Below, in pieces: positions 10,475 to 22,242 of a stretch of DNA of 35,548 nucleotides. Below the pieces are notes generated by a model that did no database searches, was not told the DNA's origin, and saw nothing but the letters and a program-made list of their open reading frames with translations. Source of the stretch: Octopus sinensis (lineage: Eukaryota); assembly GCF_006345805.1 (NCBI RefSeq), contig NW_021828076.1, positions 1-35,548 on the forward strand. Reading direction: 5' to 3'. Positions within the stretch are counted from its first letter, which is position 1; each line of letters starts with the position of its first letter. A program made the translations under genes and the position numbers.

Positions 10475-10605
10475 GTATGTATATATATGGGGAATTCCAC
10501 ATACAATAATATAGATATATATGTATATATCTAGGGGGAATTCCCAGACGAAGACAGGGGTGTAGACACAACAACATATATGTATAATATACATATATAT
10601 ATATG

Positions 10606-10647
<42 letters not shown>

Positions 10648-11132
10648 TATATATATATATATATACTATATATATATATATATAAAGTCGCAGTATGAAA
10701 CTTTGAGTAATGATGTTTTCACCTAAAACTACAAACATATATTTTCGTTTACTTGCTTCAGTCATTTTATAGCGGTCATGTTGGGGCACCACAATTGATT
10801 CAGTGGTTCTCAACCAGTTTTTGCCCATGTCCCCCTTTGATTCTTGTTTTACTTTACTGGACTTCCAAAGCCATTCAATGTATATTTTTTTAAATCCCAC
10901 CGTGATTTTGTAATTAAATATTATTAGGATCTGTATAAAAAGAAAGTAAAATATTTTGTGCATTGTAGAACTATAAGGAATTTATTGCAGATAAATTTTA
11001 ACAGCAAAATCTTATATGGACCCTGGTCGACAACCACTGCTTTAGCTGAACAAAATGACCCCTGTACTTCTTTCAGGTTTGATATTCATTCTATCGTTGT
11101 CTTTTTCTCGAATATATAAGTTACGAGAAGAT

Positions 11133-11462
11133 ATGTTTCTTTATTAGCCACACAGGGCTGCACACAGACGGGACAGATTACAAAGTAGAGCTTTTCTTTT
11201 TGGGGAAAAAAAGAAAGGTGGGGTAGGTTTTCGAGCAAAACAGATCGTAAAAGGGAAAGAAGAAAAAAATAAGAAAAAATAAGAAAAGAGAAAAAAGAAA
11301 AAAAAGGAAAAGAAAAAAAAGGAAAGAAAAAAAGAAAAAAACGATCAATAAGGATCGTGTATCACAGTGTCATGATGTAAAGTGTAAAGGGGGAAGCGGA
11401 TAAGGTTTATCCGTGGGAAGAAAAGCTTACGGAAAAGACCACGGTAACCTCGGTCAATATTG
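11133..11462 (-). mobile_element. LINE 3'UTR fragment (Tx1-like tail)
   Basis: Minus strand ends ctgtcccgtctgtgtgcagccctgtgtggctaataaagaaac, similar to the tails at 7741-7810 and 17723-17800. Confidence 0.45.
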
Positions 11463-12498
11463 TTAGATGTTACCACATTTGTTTGCAAGTAGGTAACCCT
11501 CTGTTTTAAATTTCCGGGTTCATAGGATTATGCTCAAGGTGGTTTCGTCATTCATACGTGCCATCCTTGCTACATTCACCCATCTTTTTTTAAAACATTC
11601 GCTAGACAAAACTTGCCTCTCTACTCTCACTTTCCTTTTCAAGTGATACGAGAAGATGAACAAATCTAACACTGGTTGTTAAGTGGTGGTTGGGGCGGGG
11701 GAGAGGGCAAGCACTGACGCACGTGCAAATATATACGAAGGGCTTCCACGCAGTTTCTAAATTCGCTTACTAGAAATTAGTTTGCATGTATGTGTTTGTG
11801 CGTATGCGCGCGTTTGTGATCCACATTTACTGAAGGCGGAACTAATTTTTCCACTAGAAAATTGAAAATTTCCAGGAAATTAAGCATTCAAAGTGAAATA
11901 CTTGCTTCCAACTAAATCCTGTGTTACACTTAATCAGCTGACTTTACCAGGAAATATCAATATGTTCTTATTCTCTGTAACAGTGACTACACTCCTATTC
12001 CATGTAATAGCAACGACATGACAATTCTAATGACTTGATACTTTCAGATAACAACCACTTGAGAGTATTATGTAGTCACTAGGCCTGCTAGAAATTGTAG
12101 CCGAATCGCCCTCGGATCTAAGCCTGCTGTCTTAAATAAGAAAAGGGCTCATTTGATTATGTAGTCCTAGTTATCCCTAGAAAGACCAGGTGATCACAGC
12201 TGGAATTTCTTTGATCATAAGACTACGTTAGGACTTTGATCATAGGACTACGTTATTAGGACTGAGATAGAGCTACGTGCCTACGAAAACAAGGAGTGTT
12301 TACAAAGGCTTCATCATAGAATGTATTTAATTTCAATGAATGAATATCATAGACTTTTAAGAAAGTTGAAGTAAAACATAAACAAAAAGCTGTTATTTTC
12401 TAACAAATAGCTTTCCTGTTATAGAAATTGATGTCTATATTCTGTAGAATAAATTCGGTATTGGGGGAGTATTTCCTCTCTCTCTCTCTCTCTCTCTC

Positions 12499-12533
<35 letters not shown>

Positions 12534-12540
12534 TCCTTTT

Positions 12541-12970
12541 TCTTCTTTTATTTGTTTCAGTCATTTGACTGTGGCCATGCTGGAGCACCGCCTTTAGTCG
12601 AGCAAATCGACACCAGGACTTATTCTTTGTAAGCCTACTACTTACTCTATCGGACTCTTTTGCCGAACTGCTAAGTTACAGGGACATAAACACACCAGGA
12701 TCGGTTGTCAAGCTATGTTGGGGGGACAAACACAGACACACAAACATACACACACACACACACACACACACCACACACACACATATATATATATATAGGT
12801 ATATATATGCATATATACGACGGGTTTCTTTGAGCTTACGTCTACCAAATCCACTCACAAGGCTTTGGTCGGCCCGAGGCTATAGTAGAAGACACTTGCC
12901 CAAGGTGTCACGCAGTGGGACTGAACCCGGAACCATGTGGTTGGTAAGCAAGCTACTTACCACACAGCCA
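12541..12970 (-). mobile_element. SINE family B
   Basis: Near-full-length reverse copy with internal microsatellite. Confidence 0.85.
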
Positions 12971-13223
12971 TATATTATATTATATATATATTATATTATT
13001 ATTATTATTATTATTATTAATATTTAGCAGAAGCAACAGAGTGACTCAAGGTCTGAGAGTTTCGTGCGTCTGCACTGTTTGATAAGTATCAACGCACGAA
13101 ACCTGGGACCTTGAGTCACTTTGTTGCTTCTGCTAAATATTAATAAAAATATACATATATTTTGGGCTTTGTTTGCACCAACATACCTATATGCAGTGTA
13201 TGTATATATATATATGTATATAT

Positions 13224-13417
13224 GCGTATCGTTGGCGATTTTTTTCCCTCCGTCCTCCCTTCCTTGCATCTTTCCTTTTTCTATGTTTCTGACGAAGAGC
13301 TCCGCTCGAAACGTTAAATTCTCCTTCTTTCTTTCCTTTCCTGAGCGTCCAATAACACTGTACTTATTCCACGACCCCACGTTGTTGTGTTTTCTCTTTG
13401 TGTTTTCATGTTTGGAT

Positions 13418-13423
<6 letters not shown>
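13224..13423 (+). mobile_element. (TA)n-flanked element family D (Penelope-like derived?)
   Basis: Homologous to 15603-15811, 25553-25629 (truncated) and 35285-35478; ends ggattaac(TA)n. Confidence 0.7.
13285..13319 (+). ncRNA. Minimal type I hammerhead-ribozyme-like motif
   Basis: gttt-CTGACGA-a-gagc(tcc)gctc-GAAAC-GTT-aaat: core, stem II, palindromic ACGT stem III, short stem I. Confidence 0.65.
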
Positions 13424-13451
<28 letters not shown>

Positions 13452-13602
13452 AATTAGTAAATAAATGGCACAACAAAGTACCGATATTTACTGGAAATAG
13501 CGAACGTAAAAATACGACGCTAAAGTGTAGCTTCACCGCGTATGTATTAGTAAAAATGCGTGTGTGCAACAAAATAGAGAAAAAAAAAACCGTCTTACAC
13601 AT

Positions 13603-13737
13603 AGGCGCAGGAGTGGCCGTGTGGTAAGTAGGACAAGTGTTTTCTACTATAACTTCGGGCCGACCAAAGCCTTTTGAGTGAATTTTGTAGACGGAAACTG
13701 AAAGAAGCTCGTCGTATATATGTATATATATATATGT

Positions 13738-13797
<60 letters not shown>

Positions 13798-13927
13798 ATG
13801 TGTGTGTATGTTTGTGTGTCCGTGTTTGTCCCCCAACATCGATAGACAACCGATGCTGGTGTGTTTACATCTATATCACTTAGCGGTTCGGCAAAAGGGC
13901 TCGATAGAATAAGTACTAGGCTTAATA
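13603..13927 (+). mobile_element. SINE family B with internal deletion, 3' truncated
   Basis: Family B head and body with a long (TG)n. Confidence 0.8.
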
Positions 13928-13991
13928 AAATATATATATATATATGTATATTATATATATATATATTATATATATATTATATAATATATAT

Positions 13992-14034
<43 letters not shown>

Positions 14035-14126
14035 ATATTTATAATAGGATTAGCTCGTATACGTGTAGGTATATATTTGTAAAATGAAGTTCGAAAATGC
14101 TGCTATATATATATATATATATATAT

Positions 14127-14304
14127 AGGGAGAGTTTACGAAAAAAACAAAGACGAAGATAGGTGGTGTAGAAACAAACAGATGTATTAGTATAACGCTC
14201 AGGAATAGAAAAAGTCTTTTACGTTTCGAATCTACGCTCTTCTACAGAAAGGAACACAGAAAAAACAAGGAACGAAACAAGGAGAGAAAAAAATGTGCGT
14301 AGTA
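14127..14304 (-). mobile_element. Family E element; hammerhead-like motif at 14216-14251
   Basis: Reverse complement cttt-CTGTAGA-a-gagc(gtag)attc-GAAAC-GTA-aaag. Confidence 0.6.
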
Positions 14305-14335
14305 TGTATATATGTATATATATATATATATATAC

Positions 14336-14499
14336 AGGCGTAGGACTGGCTGTGTGGTAAGTAGCTTCCTAACCACATGGTTCCGGGTTCAGTCCCACTA
14401 CGTGGTACCTTCGGCAAGTGTCTTCAACTATAGCCTCGGGCCGATCAAAGCCTTGTGAGTGGATTTGGTAGACGGAAACTGAAAGAAGCCTGTCGTATA
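14336..14499 (+). mobile_element. SINE family B, 5' half
   Basis: Head through gaaagaagcctgtcgtata, then (TA)n. Confidence 0.8.
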
Positions 14500-14505
14500 T
14501 ATTAT

Positions 14506-14572
<67 letters not shown>

Positions 14573-14822
14573 ATATATAATATATATATATATATATATA
14601 TAATATATATTATATATGAGTTAGATAAAGGCTGGTAGTAGTGTACGCAATTATTCATATCCAAGTACTTGTTATTGCATGCCAATCTTGCAATTGGGCA
14701 TTATATATGGGTGGGGATAACAAGTGGTTTTACCCTGGATTTATACGACAAATAAGAAAACGGAGGGGATATAAAATCGACAGACAGACACCATATCCTC
14801 GCCGTTTTCATATTTGCCGTGT

Positions 14823-15559
14823 ATGGGAAACATGTATTTTCGTGGTTGAAACCTTTTGGATTAACTGGTGCTAGAGTGAGCAATATAGTGACCACTCTCT
14901 TATATTTATTTTGTAAAAATATATAATATGTTATAAAATATTATAATAATCCAGGTTTCTCGTAGCACTAGGCCACTTGGTGTTGAATAAATATACTATT
15001 AAATTAGTATCTAATTCCTCACCCTTATTAATTAATTATAATTATGCTGCATTTATTTCTAAATGCTGTATTTGTTTTCGTGAAAGTTTGGCGCGCTGTT
15101 GGTTGGGGATTTGAATTATAACGTCGGATGTAATCATTGAACCACACGCGTATTTATCGTTATGGTAAAATCTGGCGTGTGATTGAGTGGATTCATCCAG
15201 ATAGTCTTGGCTGACGAGCTACAAATGGATTTTTTGTAAGTAATTACATTTAATTCATTAATAGCGAAACAATTGTCCCCAAATAATCTGTATTTTGTTT
15301 TTTTTATTTGCCCTGTCCGTGTGAGCTAACAGTCGTACTGGCTTTCATGGGAAACATGTATTTTCGTGGTTGAAACCTTTTGGATTACTGGTGCTAGAGT
15401 GAGCAATATAGTGACCACTCTCTTATATTTATTTTGTAAAAATATTATAATATGTTATAAAATATTATAATAACCAGGTTTCTCGTAGCACTAGGCCACT
15501 TGGTGTTGAATAAATATACTATTAAATTAGTATCTAATTCTCTCACCCTTATTAATTAA

Positions 15560-15562
<3 letters not shown>
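14823..15562 (+). repeat. 216-bp direct repeat pair (14823-15038, 15347-15562)
   Basis: The copies differ by four single-base indels, with no substitutions seen. Confidence 0.9.
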
Positions 15563-15602
<40 letters not shown>

Positions 15603-15609
<7 letters not shown>

Positions 15610-15811
15610 ATCCAAACATGAAAACACAAAGAGAAAACACAACACGCGGGGACGTGGAACAAGTATAATGTTATTGGACGTTCAGGAAAGGAAAGAAAGA
15701 AAGAGGATTAACGTTTCGAGCGGAGCTCTTCATCAAGAACATAGGAAAAGGAAAGATCCAAGGAAGGGAAGACGGAGGAAAAAAATCGCCAACGGTACAG
15801 ACGCGTTCACA
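15603..15811 (-). mobile_element. Family D element; hammerhead-like motif with 1-nt insertion at 15707-15741
   Basis: Reverse copy of 13224-13423. Confidence 0.7.
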
Positions 15812-15837
15812 TTACAGAAAGAGAGAGAGTGAGAGAC

Positions 15838-15878
<41 letters not shown>

Positions 15879-15879
15879 C

Positions 15880-15927
<48 letters not shown>

Positions 15928-16194
15928 ACGGAATGGAGTAGGTAAAATCCAAGCTACATATGTTTCATAGCGGGGGGAACTTCAGAAGTGGTATATCACC
16001 GGCTACCCTTCAGGCCAAGGATATCATGATTAAGTTAAATGTTACATTGTCGCATGGATGTACATGTTGACGTATGGAAGATTCAATCAGAATGTGTGGA
16101 GAGCACAGTATGAGAGGAGTATACAAATGTAGGGAGAAATAAGTATACTTATTTCTCCCTGCATTTACCTACTCCTCTCATACCGTGGATGATC

Positions 16195-16543
16195 GTTACC
16201 AGCATCGCCTTACTGGCATTTGTGCCGGTGGCACATGAAAAAACATTCGAGCGAGGTCATTGCCAGTGCCGCTGGACTGGCTCCTGTTCAGGTGGCACAT
16301 AAAAAAAAACACCATTTGAGCGTGGCTGTTGCCAGTACCGCCTGACTGGTCCTCGTGCAAGTGGCACCTAAAAGCACCCACTGCACCTCGGAGTGGTTGG
16401 CGTTAGGAAGGGCATCCAGCTGTAGAAACTCTGCCGGATCAAGATTGGAGCCTGGTGCAGCCATCTGGTTCGCCAGTCCTCAGTCAAATCGTCCAACCCA
16501 TGCTAGCGGACGTTAAACGATGATGATGATGACGATGATGATG

Positions 16544-16545
<2 letters not shown>
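16195..16545 (+). mobile_element. SINE/LINE-tail family C with three ~60-65 bp internal units and a (GAT)n tail
   Basis: Repeated gccagt..ctg..ctgg..gtggcac units; gttaggaagggcatccagctgtagaaa; ends ggacgttaaacgatgatgat. Confidence 0.65.
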
Positions 16546-16608
<63 letters not shown>

Positions 16609-16849
16609 CTGAAGTACTCAAAACCATAAACGGGTAAGTTTATCGGAGAAATACACTTTACACGGGAATTTGAAATAGCGAACATGTTTTATTGAGATCA
16701 TAACTTGTTTACAGGTCACAGCCATTTTCAGTACATTTTTCATAAATATAGTGTATTGTTACATTTGGGGATGGTCTTCTTTTGTCAATTAAACACGATT
16801 CATTTGATCAAATACATGAAAAGTAAGCGTTTCTAGGCAGGGAAGGACG

Positions 16850-16897
16850 GAGGAAGGAAGGAAGGAAGGAAGGAAGGAAGGAAGGAAGAAAGGAAGG

Positions 16898-16935
<38 letters not shown>

Positions 16936-16972
16936 GTAGATAGGTAGGTAGGTAGGTAGGTATGTAGGTAGG

Positions 16973-17031
<59 letters not shown>

Positions 17032-17123
17032 GTAGGTAGGTAGGTAGGTAGGTAGGTAGGTAGGTAGGTAGGTAGATAGATAGATAGATGGATGGATGGA
17101 TGGATGGATAGATAGATAGATAG

Positions 17124-17166
<43 letters not shown>

Positions 17167-17199
17167 GTAGGTAGGTAGGTAGGTAGGTAGGTAGGTAGG

Positions 17200-17250
<51 letters not shown>
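16850..17250. repeat. Compound tetranucleotide microsatellite (GGAA/GATA/GGTA/GGAT)
   Basis: Seen directly. Confidence 0.95.
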
Positions 17251-17251
<1 letters not shown>

Positions 17252-17722
17252 GGTCAACGGTTAAAGTCCAACACTGGATAGCTCATGGAAATTGTAAATT
17301 TAAGAGAAATCATGTAACAACGGGAAAATGCTGAAATTACATACACGTACCCATAACTTATTGCTTTCCCAATAATTCCTTCCGATGTTTTTTCAGCTAA
17401 ATTAAATAATTACTATGACGTTAGTAATCATTGAAATAAGGAATTATGTGACGTCAATACGAGCCTGCCTTTATTAATCATTTCAGAGTTAAATACACAT
17501 AAAGAATAGAGACATTCTTCCTGCTGATTATATTATTGGTAAGGCAAAGCAGTTGGTTGAATCGATCCGTGAATCCATATGAACACTTTTGTTGCCATTC
17601 AATACCGTATTAACCGAGTAACAATACCGTATTAACCGTGTGCGCTGGGCTTTTCATTTTCAGCAGCAGCGCGTTAAATGCTTTTATCACTCTTTTTTTT
17701 TAATCTTTAACTGGTTTCAGTC

Positions 17723-18240
17723 AATTTCTTTATTAACCATAAGGTTGAAAAAAAGAGGGGACGATAGGAGGACAGACAAAACAAACATTGGGGTCAGGGT
17801 TTCGAATGAGACGAACCGTATGAATAAACAAACAATTAAAATATATACAATTAAATGAGAATGAGTGATTAACAAAAAATGAAGCGGTGGACGCGGTCGA
17901 CCCCACAAACCATATACTCACACTGAAGACTTTGCTTTCTCCTTTTTATATTCTCGTTTAAACAGGTTCTTTCACTCGTAATATACTTGCTATATACTTC
18001 CATCTTTTACGAAACACACTTCGCGACAGGCATTTTTTTCTCCAGCCTTATTTTCCGTTTCATGTGGAAAACGAAAAGTTCGATTAGCTCGAGACTGGAG
18101 ATGAACATGCCTGTTGCAATTCCTTTCACTCTCGTCTTCCATACTACCTCTTTCGCAACAGCAACTATCGAAAGAAAACAGGCTCGCTCCTCCCTATTCA
18201 GGGAGGTCGGGACTGCGACCACGTTGGGGCGTCGCCTTGA
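17723..18240 (-). mobile_element. Tx1/L1-clade-like LINE 3' remnant
   Basis: NREERACFLSIVAVAKEVVWKTRVKGIATGMFISSLELIELFVFHMKRKIRLEKK is homologous to the 7230-7420 peptide; 3' end ggttaataaagaaatt. Confidence 0.6.
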
Positions 18241-18304
18241 AGACTAGATCGATCTCTGTACTTATTTTTAGTCGGCTAGATCGATCTCTGTACTTATTTT
18301 TTAA

Positions 18305-18415
18305 AGTATGATACTTATTCTATCATTTCTTTCGCCGAACTGTTAAGTTACACGAACGTAACCAAACCAACACTGATTATCAAGTGATGTGGAGAAGAAA
18401 TACAAATACAGACAC

Positions 18416-18475
<60 letters not shown>

Positions 18476-18841
18476 TGTTTGTGTGTGTTTGTGTATAAAC
18501 ATGCATATATGGGTACAGGACATCACCAACGGTGCAAATAACATGAAATACGTAAACAACAAGAAAAAATGGAAAACAGGACAAGTAAACACAGAGAAAG
18601 AACCCTTCAGTTGTCGGTTTTCTATCTGCGCCTCCTTTCGAGCATTCAACGACAATTTATGGCAGTGGAGACATACAAGGAAACCGAACGAAAGCAAACA
18701 TGAAGTGGTGTCGTTAGACCAGAACGGGAGGAAAATAGTGAACGCTGGGAGAAACATTTTGAAAAGAGAAAAGATAGATGGAGAGAGAAAAACACGTCCG
18801 TTCTTTTAAATGTCTGTGCAGGAAAAGAAAGATGGTCACGT

Positions 18842-18896
<55 letters not shown>

Positions 18897-19104
18897 TTGC
18901 ATGTTCGTATGTATATATATATATTTATGAATGTAAATGTACATAAACGAGATTCCCTTCACTTTTCGTCAGCCAAATGCACCCACAATGTATTGGTCGG
19001 TTTGGGACTATAATAAAAAACATTTGCTCAAGGTGCCGCGCTGAGGAACTGAATCCCAAATCCTGTGTTTGCAAAGCGAGCTTCTTAACTAAGCAGCCAT
19101 GCCT
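18305..19104 (-). mobile_element. Old SINE family B split by an insertion in its internal microsatellite
   Basis: 3' part at ~18305-18415 and 5' part at ~18960-19104; about 340 bp of unrelated sequence (18490-18830) lies between (TA)n tracts. Confidence 0.55.
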
Positions 19105-19814
19105 GTACTCATATCGTACCTTTAAGATTCGTTGGATATTTAAAGTTGATTCAATACTCAGACGACAATTCAAATTAAACGCTTGCAAGCTACCAGTTCC
19201 GATTCAATGATTCTGCACTTGTTTTTTTACGATGATATGAACCCAGGGCAGCTTTATAATTAGGGTGGTGTGTCAAGGAAGTATATTTAACGTGTGCATC
19301 TTATTTAAGCACTATTATGAATTCGGGCAACGTAGTATTTAAGTCTTGAGTTCTTAGATGTGGTTTTTAAACGAAATCGGGATCTGTAGCAGATGAGTTC
19401 ACCCGTTCAAATTCGGCAAAGTTTACCACGTCTAAGTCGCACGGTTAACTTCCTAAATGTTTCAAATTCATCACCCACCGGGTAAATATCAAGCTCTTGA
19501 GTAAAACATCAAACAGTATAACAAGTATAATCCTTTTATTCAAATCGATTATTCCTTCTCTCTACTACCACCCTTATCACCTTTACAAGCTGATCCACAT
19601 ATATTCATCCTTAAACCCTTTATAAGAGGTTTTGGCCCTCACAATAGCTTAATGTGGTCCTATTCTCATTAGTTCCTTATATACAAATATCGCACTAATG
19701 AAAGCCGAGCAAACAGTAAATGATTTACAGTGGATAATAGTATTCTTATATTGACACAAATCAATAAATTTGCAGGAGTAGAATCTAATAGATTTAATCA
19801 ACTCAGAAGATGAA

Positions 19815-20320
19815 GTTGGTCAAAAAAGCAGACTCGCTATTTTCAATTCGGTTTTCGTGGTTATCCTCACCTATGTTGGGTAATGACCGAAAAAATACGA
19901 TCGCGAATACAAACGGTCAAAATGAGATTCCTCCGGAGGAGCTCTAGAGTAACCTTACTCGACAAGGAGCGTAGCTCGGAGATGATGAGTCTCTCCAGAT
20001 CAAGCTGCAATTTCTCTTACTGAGAGGTTGCAGTTCCAGTACTGCGGAGAAGTGATTGGAAAGAGTCGCAAGACGGGTTCGTCAAGCCAAGACAACCGGC
20101 AGAAGACCTATAAGTAAATGAAAAATGATATGGTTAGATAATATTCATAACCTCAGTTGGCTGCGATTGAGAATCCTGCCGGAAAGTGTACTAAAAGTCA
20201 CTTCTGATAGGACCTTATGGAGGTGTTTGAGGACTCTATCCCCCACGGCCTTCCTAGAAATAGTGGGCGGAGAAGATGGATGGATGGATGGCTGAATGGA
20301 TGGACGGACGGATGAATGAA
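19815..20320 (+). mobile_element. RTE-clade (Expander/Rex3-like) LINE 3' end, degenerate
   Basis: Frameshifted KSRLAIFNSVF..LTY..WVMTEKIRSRIQ..KMRFLRR..TLLDKERSSE..TGRRP..WLDNIHNLSWLRL..DRTLW; (GGAT)n tail. Confidence 0.8.
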
Positions 20321-21018
20321 TAGGATTTTGTAACCGTATTATTCATTAATGCTGCACTTATTGCCACCCAGTAATTGTTTCTATACGATGCAGTGTTATA
20401 ATTGTAACAATTTGGTCATGTAATTGTTATGTGTTACTGAGAAATGTAACGGATACCGTGCTTATTAGTATTGATAGTAGATTAGTTAAAACTTCATTAG
20501 ACAGTTTGATACGCACCTAATGAATGAACAGAAGGTAAAAATAAATTCTTAGAGATTTTATTTATCTATCATAATTCATCTTGTTAGAGGTAGCGTGCAG
20601 AGGCCGTTGTTGTTGTTAAGCAACAAGACGGGTAAGGGTGATTAGGTGATGGTCTACGGCTTAGGGGCGGGAGACCCCAGACCTTGAAAAAAAAACAAAA
20701 AGCTTTGGTCGTCTTGTTGTAGTCGAGGGCTCTTCGTTGACGCCCGACATCACTGGAAGGTGGCCCTCGAAATCGCTGGAAATGGAGATCTCCAGGTCCA
20801 AATTCTAGGACGGCGCGTGCGGAGGCTGTAGTAGTCGGCTGTTTTACAGTGGTAAGAGAATGATAGTATTGGGTTGCATAACTTTTGGCAATGTTTCTGT
20901 CAGATGTAGGTAACAGAAAGAGATAGGCGTTCTAGGAAAAGATAGACATGCGAGAAAGAGATAGACATGTTCATTTGCCGAAGTGTCAGACAATAGAGAG
21001 AAGCATGTTCCTCTGGCA

Positions 21019-21267
21019 TGGAGGCGCGTGACTTAGTGGTTAGGGTGTCAGCATCATGATCGTAAGATTGTGGTTTCGATTCCTGGACCAGGTGACGCGT
21101 TGTGTTCTTGAGCAAAACACTTCGTTTCACGTTCCTCCAGTCCACTCAGCTGGCAAAAATGAGTAACGCTGCGATGGACTGGCGTCCCCCGTCCAGCTGG
21201 GGAACACATACCAGGAAACCAGGAAACCGGGCCCGTGAACCTGGCTAGGCTTTATTTTATTTTTTTT
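21019..21267 (+). mobile_element. tRNA-derived SINE with Meta/V-domain-like core and 14-bp TSD
   Basis: A box gacttagtggttag, B box ggtttcgattcc, ctgcgatggactggcgtccc core; TSD atgttcctctggca at 21005-21018 and 21268-21281. Confidence 0.75.
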
Positions 21268-22191
21268 ATGTTCCTCTGGCAAGGTGCCAAGTGAAAGAAG
21301 AAATGTTCCTCGGGTAAGATGCCGAGTAAAACAGAGAGAAAGAATTTTGCTTGGGTTCAGTATTTACACATGATCGAAAGTTAAAAATAGGTCGGGAAGA
21401 CAAAGGTGAATGTGATTATCTGTGTTGAACACGATTTAACTTAAGATGCTCAGGAAAAGAATAGTACTTATCTAAGTTGAACGGAGTATGAAAGCTGACT
21501 CTCATCAATTTCCAACTTCGAATGCCGAAAACAATGGAAAGTAACTTACAGAAAAATTTAGACTAAGGTTTTGATTGCTGGCTAAGAATCTAGGAAACCA
21601 ATCGTTTGAAGTCTCTCTGATGTCCAACCTGTTTCTGCATCTCTTTTATTGTTTAGTTCCAGATTATTTCCAAACAGGAGACATGTGAGCAAAAGCGTTT
21701 CAGCCACGACTACTTCGTCTTTTTTCCATAATTTTTTTTCCAGTAATAGTGTATCTAGAACTCTTTAATCTTCATTTTTGTTTTAAGACGTTAGAGTGTT
21801 ATATGCGAGATATTTAGCTGTTATTTGTAGCAAATCGAGCTACCGCATAGATGCCTTCTTTTTGACTTCTATTTCTGTGATTATGTGCTTTTAAGTTCTC
21901 TACACTTGATAGGAAATGTAGATCTATATTTGAATCAGAGGATTCTCCCTGCAGGACGAAGCTAAAAATAGCTCGGTGATATTTGACCGGCTATTACCGT
22001 CTTATCGGAAGTGTCTACATGTATTCAATTAAAAAAAAAACACAAGTAATTAACTGCAAATGAAACATACGAGTAATACGAGTAATTTTCATATTTGCTT
22101 TTTGGTATGTTCACTGGCTGCATATAATGTTAATTTATAACTAAGTACTGATACAGCAGGGTGTGGATTAATTGTTTATTAGTCTGTATAT

Positions 22192-22242
<51 letters not shown>

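Noticed and set aside
14650-14820. VIACQSCNWALYMG resembling the Penelope GIY-YIG start (CxxC..YIG)
   Set aside because: Only about 14 aa of resemblance and no downstream conserved motifs; insufficient without a profile search.
17966-18311. Apparent splice acceptor at 17965 and a plus-strand peptide ending LRPRWG (neuropeptide-like)
   Set aside because: Antisense to the Tx1-like ORF2 remnant; no dibasic cleavage site or signal peptide.
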